From Candidatus Heimdallarchaeum aukensis (GTDB taxonomy: Archaea > Asgardarchaeota > Heimdallarchaeia > Heimdallarchaeales > Heimdallarchaeaceae): a stretch of DNA of 64,000 bases. The stretch is from assembly GCA_021513695.1 (NCBI GenBank), contig CP084166.1:768001-832000 (forward strand), given 5' to 3'. Shown in pieces: positions 27,075 to 35,343 of the stretch. Each line of letters begins with the position of its first letter. The first letter of the stretch is position 1. The notes under the pieces were generated by a model, which saw only the letters and a list, made by a program, of their open reading frames with translations, was not told the DNA's origin and did no database searches. The translations under genes and the position numbers were made by a program.

Positions 27075-28376
27075 TTGCAATACTATATTCCAGAATGGGA
27101 CGATATGGTTAGTTCAAGGTATGACTATTGGAATGACACTGAACTACCTGATTCTAGAAAGGTTTATGCACATGAAATTTATCCCAAACCCAACTATGAT
27201 GGAATTTTAGTATCTAGAATGAAGATTGAAGAGAGTAAAACTAAGATTGAAAAAATAAAGAAAGTAGGAGTGCATAGATTTTTCAAGTTCAATGGACCCA
27301 TTTTTGGAGATTGTGGAGCTTGGGGATATATAAATGAAAAAGATCCTCCATTTGAAACAAAAGACATGTTAAATTACTATGAATCTTTTGGCTTTAATAT
27401 AGGTGTTTCCATTGACCACTTATGTATTCCCCAAGTTAAATCAGAATGGTATTATAGACAAGAATTGACACTAAAAAATGCAGAAAAATTTTTCAAATAT
27501 TATGAAAGTGGAGACTATTCTTTTGAAGCAGTAGGGGCAGCTCAAGGATGGGATTTAGAATCGTATAGATATGCAGTGCAAGAATTGCTAGATATAGGAT
27601 ATGATTTTATTGCCTTAGGAGGATTAGCACGAGCACAAACAGGAATAATTATTAAGATTCTTAAAAATATTCAAGATTTAATTAAAGAAAAGAAAATAAA
27701 GATCCATTTATTTGGTGCTGCAAGATTAGATGGCCTACGTGCATTCAATAATTTAGGAGTAACAAGTTTTGATTCAGCTTCTCCTCTTAGAAATGCGTGG
27801 TTAGGTTCTAAAAAGAATTATAGAGGTTTAGATTGGAAGGGTTATACTGCTATTCGTTTACCTTTCCTTTCAAGAACAAAGAAATATCAAAAGTTAGTAG
27901 AGGAAGGACTATTCACTATCAAAGAGCTAGAAGAATTCGAAAAGTCTATCTACGCTCTCCTAAGAAGATATGAAATAGAAAAATCTAGAAGTCCAGAAGA
28001 AATAATAGAAGCTTTTGAAATGCTCAACCAGACATTTACTTTAAGAGATGATCTTAAAGAAGACTACCTTGAAATCTTGAATGAACGACCATGGGAAAAA
28101 TGCTCTTGTCCTGTTTGCAAAGAAGCAGGAATGGATGTAGTTATTTTTAGGGGGAACAACAGGAACAGAAGAAGAGGTTTCCACAACACCTATGTTTTTT
28201 ATCAATTAATGCAGAAAATTCTTAATGAACCTAATTTCAAAGGAACTCCGCATTTAAATTTAATAAATGAAAAAGATTTTTCAATTCCAATTCAAGTTCA
28301 AGCGAAAAAATTAAAATCCAAATTTAACAAACAAACAAAAATTGATAATTTTATAGAACAAATAAGTGAGGAATAG
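27075..28376 (+). CDS. tRNA-guanine-transglycosylase-fold base-exchange enzyme, DpdA-like (no PUA domain)
   Basis: Ordered TGT motifs: FGDCGAWGY, IALGGLARA, HLFGAARLD, and SFDSASPLRNAWLG (catalytic Asp position). The Zn site is CSCPVC followed ~21 aa later by His. The N-terminus YIPEWDDMVSSRYDY..VYAHEIY..YDGILVS resembles DpdA rather than canonical TGT. TTG start with GGAGAG upstream. Confidence 0.65.
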   Translation: MQYYIPEWDDMVSSRYDYWNDTELPDSRKVYAHEIYPKPNYDGILVSRMKIEESKTKIEKIKKVGVHRFFKFNGPIFGDCGAWGYINEKDPPFETKDMLNYYESFGFNIGVSIDHLCIPQVKSEWYYRQELTLKNAEKFFKYYESGDYSFEAVGAAQGWDLESYRYAVQELLDIGYDFIALGGLARAQTGIIIKILKNIQDLIKEKKIKIHLFGAARLDGLRAFNNLGVTSFDSASPLRNAWLGSKKNYRGLDWKGYTAIRLPFLSRTKKYQKLVEEGLFTIKELEEFEKSIYALLRRYEIEKSRSPEEIIEAFEMLNQTFTLRDDLKEDYLEILNERPWEKCSCPVCKEAGMDVVIFRGNNRNRRRGFHNTYVFYQLMQKILNEPNFKGTPHLNLINEKDFSIPIQVQAKKLKSKFNKQTKIDNFIEQISEE

Positions 28377-28378
28377 CA

Positions 28379-29200
28379 ATGAATTCAGAGTTTGAGAATA
28401 TAGCCACCGAAATTATGATACAAGTGGGGACTGAAAAAGAAGAAGCATTAAGATGTCTTTATTACGAACCAAAAAATGAAATAAAACAAACTATTGTTCT
28501 TATTCCAGGTTTTTTTTCTCTGCCTAGTGCTTGGGACGAACTTTTAATAAATGCAAAAGAAGATTATAGAATATTCTTGATTGAAACCAGAGAGAAGCAT
28601 ACAGCAAAAATAAATAAAAAAAGTGACTTTTCTCTGGAACGTTTTGCTAATGACATCGCTGAAGTAATTGATTACTTAATGTTAAAAGATTATATTTTAG
28701 TTACAAGTAGTATGGGAGGAGCTTTCACATTAACTGCAATGAAAGAAAGCTTAATTCACCCTAAACATAGTTTTCTGGTAGGTCCTGTTTTAAGAGTTGA
28801 AATTCCTGATTGGTCATGGCCTTTAGTTAGAATAACTACTCCTTTCTTTTATCGTTTTATCTTAAAACCTTCAATAAAACTTTATGTCAGAAGAAAGTTC
28901 GAAAGAGATCAAGCTGAAAAATACTGTGTTTCATTAGATAACTTAGAAATTAGAAGAGTAAAGAAAACAATGCTAACGCTTAAAAAATTCCGCATTACTG
29001 CTGAAGACCTTAATGTCATAAATTCTCATTGTGTCCTCATAGGAGCTGAAAAGGATAAGCTCCATCAGTCTCAAATTACAAAATGGATTCATGAACAAAT
29101 ACCTAATTCAGACTATGTAGATTTAGGGTCAAATGTAGTTGCACATGGAATTCCACTCTTAGAATTAATAGAAAAAACAATAGAAAAAGATAATAATTGA
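28379..29200 (+). CDS. alpha/beta-fold hydrolase
   Basis: IVLIPGFFS, the nucleophile elbow VTSSMGGA, a late Asp (GAEKDKL) and His (VVAHGIP). Starts 2 nt after the TGT-like stop. Confidence 0.7.
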   Translation: MNSEFENIATEIMIQVGTEKEEALRCLYYEPKNEIKQTIVLIPGFFSLPSAWDELLINAKEDYRIFLIETREKHTAKINKKSDFSLERFANDIAEVIDYLMLKDYILVTSSMGGAFTLTAMKESLIHPKHSFLVGPVLRVEIPDWSWPLVRITTPFFYRFILKPSIKLYVRRKFERDQAEKYCVSLDNLEIRRVKKTMLTLKKFRITAEDLNVINSHCVLIGAEKDKLHQSQITKWIHEQIPNSDYVDLGSNVVAHGIPLLELIEKTIEKDNN

Positions 29201-29278
29201 TTCCTATTATAAAGCAAATTTCTTTTATAAATACCTAATATACCAAAATTTAAAAATTCTTATTTTTTTAATTTAAGT

Positions 29279-30871
29279 ATGCAATTTCTCGCACCTTTTT
29301 CTATAAGACATTCAAAGATATTGGATCAAGATACTTTAGAACAACTAAAAAACGCTCTAAGCAATATAAAAGGGAAAAATATTCTTGTGGAGTTTACCCG
29401 AAACTTTTCTACATTGCTAAAAAACAAAGAAAAAGATAAAGATTTCACAAACTTGGCTTTAGATATCTTTTTCTCAATTGAAGATTATGAAAAAATCCTA
29501 GAATACTCATCGCCCCTTTACGCCGCAGAGTATTATTTTTATCGGGCATTAGCTTTCTATAAACTTAATCAGTTCAATAAGATTGCAAGCCTTAAGCTAC
29601 AATTTGAGATGAAATTTGAGAGAGCATTAGATTTACCTCGTAATCGCTTAATACTTGCTTTTTTAGATCTTTTTATTACTCTTAAAGAAAATCCTGAAGA
29701 AGTCGATCTTAAACTAGAAGAAATAGGTGCGTTTTTAGATAGCCAAGATGAAGAATTCAAAAGTAAATTTTGGGTCATAATAGTATTTTCCTATTATTCT
29801 GAACTCTTATTTATAAGAGATCACTTGAATAAAACAGAAGAAATTGCTAGATTGATTCTTTCCTATTCTCTTCAAAATCAAGACCCATACTTACAAAGTA
29901 ATGCACTCATATTGCTTTCCTCAATTTATATAAGAAAAGGAGAATTTAGAAAAGCAAAACAAATGATTAAATCCTCTCTTGTTCCTGTTAATCAAACAGG
30001 AGAACTAACAAATAAAGCTAAAATACTAAACAATCTTCTGCTTTTAGATTTAGCAAAAATGGACTATCTAAAAGCAGTTGATAGAATTTCAAAGATGAAA
30101 GAACTAAAAATAAGTGATACAAAAAGAAAAGAGTTAGAGATACTTGAACTCAAGTTAAAAATTCATTTAAAACTTGAAAATAATATAGAAGAAAAAATTA
30201 ATGAAATAACTTCAGATTTAGAAAAAGAAGATGAATTCTATCAAGATATTCTCCTCCTACAGTGTTGGTATAGCTTAAAAAAGAAGAACTATGACGAAGC
30301 AAAGAAAACAATAGAAGAACACCTAAAACTCACAGAAAATAACCTAAGTTCATTGTTGAAAAATCGATATTATTATGGATTATATCATAAAGAAGTAGAA
30401 GACTATGAAAAAGCTTTTTCAGATTTTGAGGAAGTAATTGAACTAAGTAAAAAAGACTACAAAATAGAATTATTAGTAAAAAGTTTGATGCATTTCCTTG
30501 ATCTTGCTTTCTCTAATAATAACGAAAAGTATTCGCTTTCTGAAATTATTCAAAAGATAAACATTTTGGAAGAAACTTCAACAAAGCAATTTATTCCTAA
30601 ATTGCAAGTAGATGCTTTAATGATAAAAATGATTTTCACACTTCTAAATTCAACAGAAATAGACATTATGGAAGATTGGGAAAATGCAATGAAAAAAGTT
30701 CATAAATTTAGATACATTGATCGTGTTAAACAACTAAACATAATAAGAAGTTGCTCTGAAAACAATTCTGAAAATAACAATATATATCAACTTGAAGAAT
30801 TATTCAAAGAAATAATACAACCTTACGAATGCTTCTTTTTTATTAAGAAGCCAAAGAAAGAAGAGGGGTAG
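29279..30871 (+). CDS. TPR-like all-helical repeat protein
   Basis: 530 aa of repeated helix pairs with Y/A/L spacing (AEYYFYRALAFYKLNQFNKI, LLSSIYIRKGEFRKAKQMI, YYYGLYHKEVEDYEKAFSDFEEVI). No NTPase motif. Confidence 0.6.
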   Translation: MQFLAPFSIRHSKILDQDTLEQLKNALSNIKGKNILVEFTRNFSTLLKNKEKDKDFTNLALDIFFSIEDYEKILEYSSPLYAAEYYFYRALAFYKLNQFNKIASLKLQFEMKFERALDLPRNRLILAFLDLFITLKENPEEVDLKLEEIGAFLDSQDEEFKSKFWVIIVFSYYSELLFIRDHLNKTEEIARLILSYSLQNQDPYLQSNALILLSSIYIRKGEFRKAKQMIKSSLVPVNQTGELTNKAKILNNLLLLDLAKMDYLKAVDRISKMKELKISDTKRKELEILELKLKIHLKLENNIEEKINEITSDLEKEDEFYQDILLLQCWYSLKKKNYDEAKKTIEEHLKLTENNLSSLLKNRYYYGLYHKEVEDYEKAFSDFEEVIELSKKDYKIELLVKSLMHFLDLAFSNNNEKYSLSEIIQKINILEETSTKQFIPKLQVDALMIKMIFTLLNSTEIDIMEDWENAMKKVHKFRYIDRVKQLNIIRSCSENNSENNNIYQLEELFKEIIQPYECFFFIKKPKKEEG

Positions 30872-30952
30872 TTTTTCTTTAGAAATTTTGTAATTAAAAA
30901 AAAGTTAAATAGGAAAAAAAGGATATTTTTTTACCAAAAAAGAGGAATAAAA

Positions 30953-31120
30953 ATGACACAAAAATGGATTTGTACTTTATGTGGCTACATTTATGACCCT
31001 GCCGAAGGAGACCCTGACGGAGGAATCGCTCCAGGAACAGCTTTTGAAGATATCCCTGAAGATTGGGTTTGTCCTGAATGCGGAGCTGCAAAAGAAGATT
31101 TCGAACCCTATGAAGAATAA
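30953..31120 (+). CDS. rubredoxin
   Basis: A 55-aa ORF below the track cutoff: [55 protein letters not shown]. It has two CxxCG knuckles and the conserved YDP and PG..F..P..W.CP pattern. AGAGGA lies upstream. Confidence 0.92.
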   Translation: MTQKWICTLCGYIYDPAEGDPDGGIAPGTAFEDIPEDWVCPECGAAKEDFEPYEE

Positions 31121-31142
31121 TAACAAAGTTTTAAATTGTTTT

Positions 31143-32327
31143 TTACAACTTTCTATTTTTTCTTGATAATTGAACTATTTTTTTTATTACTACAAATTCT
31201 GTTTCATTTAGGACGTTTTTTGTGATTTTTATTTTTTCTTGCTGAATTCTTACTTGGTTTGCATATTCATTCTCAACTAATAGCTCCATCTCCTCTGTTA
31301 TCGCTCCATCTACATTTGTTTTAATAACTTCCATGAGGTTATTATATTTTTCTAGTATTTTTTCATAAACAGCTAATTTTGAAGAGAATTTTGATGTATA
31401 CTTATTTATTTCTTCAGCTCGTTTAATGTCTATAGAAGTTAAACTATCAGTAGCTTCAGATAAATCTCTTAATTCTTCTTCACTAAATTCTCTTTTAACA
31501 AAACTTGAAATTATAGAAATAAGTGATTTATCCAGCAAATAATCTGTTTTTCTCTCATAGCTTATACTAGGGATTGATTTTGATAGAGAAGATTTTTTAC
31601 TTTTGAAGGTAGTATCTTTTTTTTCTGTTGTTAAATACTTTTCAACAAGAACTAATTTTTCATTCCACCATTCCTTAAAAGAAAGACCAGGAGTATATTC
31701 AATAGCAAAATTTAGAAAAATTGTTCCTTTAGCTAAAACTGTTGCGCCTATAGGTTTTTTGAATATGGGTTTACTTGTTCTTTTACCTACAAAGTCATAT
31801 GTACTAAAAGAATGAAAGTTTGAGGGAAGATCTTTTGCTTTACCAAAAAAAATTATTTCTTTTCCAAGATTTGCTAAATCTTTGAGATCTCCTAAAGTTA
31901 CTAAATAATCTTCTCCTAACGAAAGATAAACAAGATCATAAGTTTTTTTGGATAATTTTCTAACAGATTCTGGAATAGCTAATTTTTCTGCTCTTTCTTT
32001 TATTGCTTTTTTTGATAAGCCTGAAAAAGTGCACTCATAAGGAGGAAGAAGTTCATTCTCATTAACTAATCCAAAACCTGCAGAAATAATGTAATAATCA
32101 ACTTCAGCTTTTGACGAAAGAATCTTAACAGCTTTTTTTATTGCAAGAGCTTGTCCACCTATGTATAATTCTCCTGCTTCTCTTAATAATGAAGAAAATT
32201 TTTCTTTTGCACTTTCTCTTTGATCTTTTGTTTCTAGGTCCTTACATGTTGGTTGATCATCATGTTGTACAGACTTTTTCTTTCCACAAGAGTTAATAAC
32301 AAGTATTGAAGGTTTCAGAGATCTCAC
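31143..32327 (-). CDS. DUF6884-like N-terminal domain fused to a long coiled-coil
   Basis: ILVINSCGKKKS, ELYIGGQA and YYIISAGFGLVNENELLPPYECTF match my recollection of the DUF6884 pattern (SC.k.K .. LY .. ilSA..GL..p...l.PYd). The C-terminal ~170 aa are heptad-rich. Confidence 0.45.
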   Translation of the reverse strand: MRSLKPSILVINSCGKKKSVQHDDQPTCKDLETKDQRESAKEKFSSLLREAGELYIGGQALAIKKAVKILSSKAEVDYYIISAGFGLVNENELLPPYECTFSGLSKKAIKERAEKLAIPESVRKLSKKTYDLVYLSLGEDYLVTLGDLKDLANLGKEIIFFGKAKDLPSNFHSFSTYDFVGKRTSKPIFKKPIGATVLAKGTIFLNFAIEYTPGLSFKEWWNEKLVLVEKYLTTEKKDTTFKSKKSSLSKSIPSISYERKTDYLLDKSLISIISSFVKREFSEEELRDLSEATDSLTSIDIKRAEEINKYTSKFSSKLAVYEKILEKYNNLMEVIKTNVDGAITEEMELLVENEYANQVRIQQEKIKITKNVLNETEFVVIKKIVQLSRKNRKL

Positions 32328-32333
32328 CTAAAG

Positions 32334-32753
32334 CTATTCAGTATCCTTTTTTGCCAAATATCGATTATAAAATCTTTTAATTTTCTTTTTTTCGAGATCA
32401 AAATCTAGATCTTTACTATTTTTGCCTTCTTGCCTTTCCATTTTATTGAGTTTACTTTGAATTTTGCTTAGTTTTAGAGCAAGCATTGAATTTCTTCTAA
32501 AAAGTTCACTGTTTTCAAAAAACAAAACCCCATATGCTTTTCTAAGTTTACTATACTTTATTGTTAATTCATTATATCGTTCTCTTAATTCTTCAAGATT
32601 CTTAAGTAGACTAACCTCATCAATTTGTAAATCCTCGCTGTTTAATGCCAGAAAATCATAATAATCAAGGAGTGTGTTAATTATATCATCAGTATATTCA
32701 GTAACATCTTCAAAAATAGCAGGAATCTTGACATTAGTGATCATTTTCTTCAT
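32334..32753 (-). CDS. coiled-coil protein
   Basis: 139 aa, helical and charged. Its start overlaps the upstream stop by 4 nt, and a 6-nt gap separates it from the downstream gene. Confidence 0.5.
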   Translation of the reverse strand: MKKMITNVKIPAIFEDVTEYTDDIINTLLDYYDFLALNSEDLQIDEVSLLKNLEELRERYNELTIKYSKLRKAYGVLFFENSELFRRNSMLALKLSKIQSKLNKMERQEGKNSKDLDFDLEKKKIKRFYNRYLAKKDTE

Positions 32754-33106
32754 TTTGCTACACCTTTTAGAATACCATCTAACTTCTCTTCAAGTTCAGT
32801 AATAACATTATAATCTTCATTATATTCTTTCTTCATTTGTTTTTCTTCTTCTATACTTTTTTTCAATTTTTCAATTTCTTTTTCTCTTTCTGGAATTTTC
32901 TCCAAAAGAGCCTTATATTCTAGTATATACTCCACAAATGCCCAAGAAAGCTTTTTTTCTTTGTTATATTCTGTAAGAAACTTAAAAAATTGGTTTACTT
33001 TTTCTATTATTGTTTCAGATTTTTCCTTTCTCTCTTCAGCGATTCTAGCAATTTTTCGCTGAATTCTTGAGGAAAAAGAAATCTTTACTTTCTCTTGTTT
33101 TTTCAT
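32750..33106 (-). CDS. possible ribbon-helix-helix DNA-binding domain plus coiled-coil
   Basis: The N-terminus KVKISFSSRIQRKIARIAEERKEKSETIIEKV fits the strand-helix-helix of CopG/Arc-type RHH. The remainder is coiled-coil. First gene of the minus-strand trio. Confidence 0.4.
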   Translation of the reverse strand: MKKQEKVKISFSSRIQRKIARIAEERKEKSETIIEKVNQFFKFLTEYNKEKKLSWAFVEYILEYKALLEKIPEREKEIEKLKKSIEEEKQMKKEYNEDYNVITELEEKLDGILKGVAK

Positions 33107-33246
33107 TTACAACTTTTTTTTCAGCTTGCTGTTTTAAAAGTTTATTAAGTTTAACTCAAAATCAGATTTTTCAAAACTTTTTTCTTTTACTTCCATCATT
33201 TTTTTTAAATCAAATAACTTTAATAGCTCTAATTCAAAGTTAAATT

Positions 33247-33576
33247 ATGGAAGAAATAAGTGTCAAGGAGTATTTAGAAAAATCAGGACAATTACTAGAA
33301 AAATATAGATTTAATATTGAAAATCTTCGACATCAGAGAAAACAAATAGAACAGAAATTTTTCCTCCCTCACGAGATGGTTGACTTTTTTCATACAAATA
33401 AAAGCGAATACAAAGTTTGGTTAAAAATTCAAGACATGATTCTCACACTTGAAGATGCTTATGCAGACCTAGTTGGGAGTATGATGGAAGCAAAAGCTAA
33501 CCCTGATAATTATAATTATTATTTAGAAGACAAACGTATTACAATTATGCAACTAAAAGAAACTGAAGAAGAATAA
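33247..33576 (+). CDS. small helical hypothetical protein
   Basis: 109 aa, charged and helical. Diverges from the trio and precedes the phosphoesterase gene. Confidence 0.45.
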   Translation: MEEISVKEYLEKSGQLLEKYRFNIENLRHQRKQIEQKFFLPHEMVDFFHTNKSEYKVWLKIQDMILTLEDAYADLVGSMMEAKANPDNYNYYLEDKRITIMQLKETEEE

Positions 33577-33678
33577 AGAAATAAGTGATAAAGAAAAGAA
33601 ATTAAATTAACAATTTTAAAAAGTAAATTCACTGTTTTTCTAATAAGATTTATTTAGGGTGTTTGAATAATATAATAT

Positions 33679-35265
33679 TTGATGAGATTTGTTTTATTTT
33701 CTGATACCCATATTGGTGGAAGATATGATGAAATGATATTGATGAAAGGTATAGATTTTATTAATAACATTGATGGAGATATTTTTATTCACTGTGGAGA
33801 TTTAACTGGTTCTGGCACTTTGGCTGAATATGAGATTGCTAGACTTTATTTAGAAAAAATCAAGAAAAGGCCTTTTTTCATTGTTCCTGGAAATCATGAC
33901 TGCAAAAATGTGGGTGATTTACTTTTTGAAGAAATAGTTGGTGAGCGTTTTTGGGTAAAGACATTCGAAAAAAAGAAAACTCGGATTCTTGGTCTTGACT
34001 CTACTGAACCCGATGCAAATACTGGAAGAATGGGTCCTAAATCAATAAAAAGAATTTATGAAGAATTTGAGGATTTACCAGAATATTGGTTAAAAGTTTT
34101 AGTTTTTCATCATCAGACTTTACCAATTCCCTATACTGGTAGAGAAAGAAGTGCAATCAAAGATGCAGGAGATGTAGTGAAAGCTATTCTTGATTGTAAC
34201 ATTCATCTTGTTTTCAATGGTCATAGGCACATTTCTAATGTCTATAAGATGTCTGATGGAGTAGTAAATGCTTGGATTATTAATGTTGGTACATTATCTT
34301 GTAAAAAAACTAGATATAGAGAAGAGTATAGCTTAACTGTCGTTGATGCTTCTTTAAAGAAAAACAACCTTGCTATTCGTAGTATACTACTTAAGAAAGA
34401 GCCTATCAGAGAAGTTGTAAAATATTCTGGTAAATTCCAACGTTTTATTGCCCCTATGAATAAGAAACACATAGCAACAATAATTCAAATAGGCAATACA
34501 GCTTTTTCTAATTCACGATTTAGGATGGGTAATTTCTACAAAGGTCTCGAAACAATTAATCTCATCCCTTGTGATGTAGTTGTCCATTGTGGAGAAGTTA
34601 CAGGTGCCTCCTATGTCAATGAGTTTCAAAGAGCAAAGGCTTTATTATCTCAAATAGAAAAACCTCTTATTGTTGTTCCAGGAGATAATGATGCTTTTCC
34701 ACTTGGTTGGGATTTGTTTCCTGAGTACATTGGTGATCCTAACCCCTATTTTGAGAATGAGCATTTGATTGTTAAAGGGTTCAATACTTGCTTAATTGAC
34801 GAACAAGAGGGAAGACTCGGAAGAGGAAATATGAAAGAGATGATAACAACATTTGAGAATAAATCAAAAATAGGAGTAGTAGCTTTTCATCATTCAATAA
34901 TGCCTTTACCTCACTCTAAACATGATGCAGAGCTAATAGATGCAGGAGATGTTCTTGCTGCCATAGTAAACCACAGAATCAATCTCGTTTTAACTGGAGC
35001 TAAAAATAGAAGCGGGTGTTGGCAAGTTAACGACACTGTATTTGTAAATGCTGGAACACTCAGCTCTGAAAATATTACTACAAGAGACGGAAATAGTTTC
35101 AACATAATAACCATTAGCCAAACAGATATAGGTAAACTTTACGAGGTCGATGAGTATTTTGTTGAAACAAACGAAAGAAAAACTATTGGAGTTTTCCATA
35201 TTTCTGATAGGGGGATACCTATTCTCATTCCTGATAGAAAGGTTCCCAACACCATTCATTTATGA
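33679..35265 (+). CDS. tandem calcineurin-like metallophosphoesterase: intact N-domain plus degenerate C-domain
   Basis: Domain 1 has FSDTHIG, CGDLTGSG, PGNHD, FHHQ and NGHRH. Domain 2 has IGNTAFS, CGEVTGAS, PGDNDAF, FHHS and TGAKNRS at the same positions, so most metal ligands are lost. Confidence 0.8.
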   Translation: MMRFVLFSDTHIGGRYDEMILMKGIDFINNIDGDIFIHCGDLTGSGTLAEYEIARLYLEKIKKRPFFIVPGNHDCKNVGDLLFEEIVGERFWVKTFEKKKTRILGLDSTEPDANTGRMGPKSIKRIYEEFEDLPEYWLKVLVFHHQTLPIPYTGRERSAIKDAGDVVKAILDCNIHLVFNGHRHISNVYKMSDGVVNAWIINVGTLSCKKTRYREEYSLTVVDASLKKNNLAIRSILLKKEPIREVVKYSGKFQRFIAPMNKKHIATIIQIGNTAFSNSRFRMGNFYKGLETINLIPCDVVVHCGEVTGASYVNEFQRAKALLSQIEKPLIVVPGDNDAFPLGWDLFPEYIGDPNPYFENEHLIVKGFNTCLIDEQEGRLGRGNMKEMITTFENKSKIGVVAFHHSIMPLPHSKHDAELIDAGDVLAAIVNHRINLVLTGAKNRSGCWQVNDTVFVNAGTLSSENITTRDGNSFNIITISQTDIGKLYEVDEYFVETNERKTIGVFHISDRGIPILIPDRKVPNTIHL

Positions 35266-35343
35266 TATAACTTAGATATTTAACTAGTTATATCGATAGA
35301 TATTGTAAAAAAATTTAAATCTAAATAATGAAGTGTACACCTT

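Noticed and set aside
30894-31166. Track ORFs 30894..31091 (minus) and 30981..31166 (plus)
   Set aside because: They are off-frame or opposite-strand readings over the rubredoxin gene, which has a textbook sequence in its own frame.
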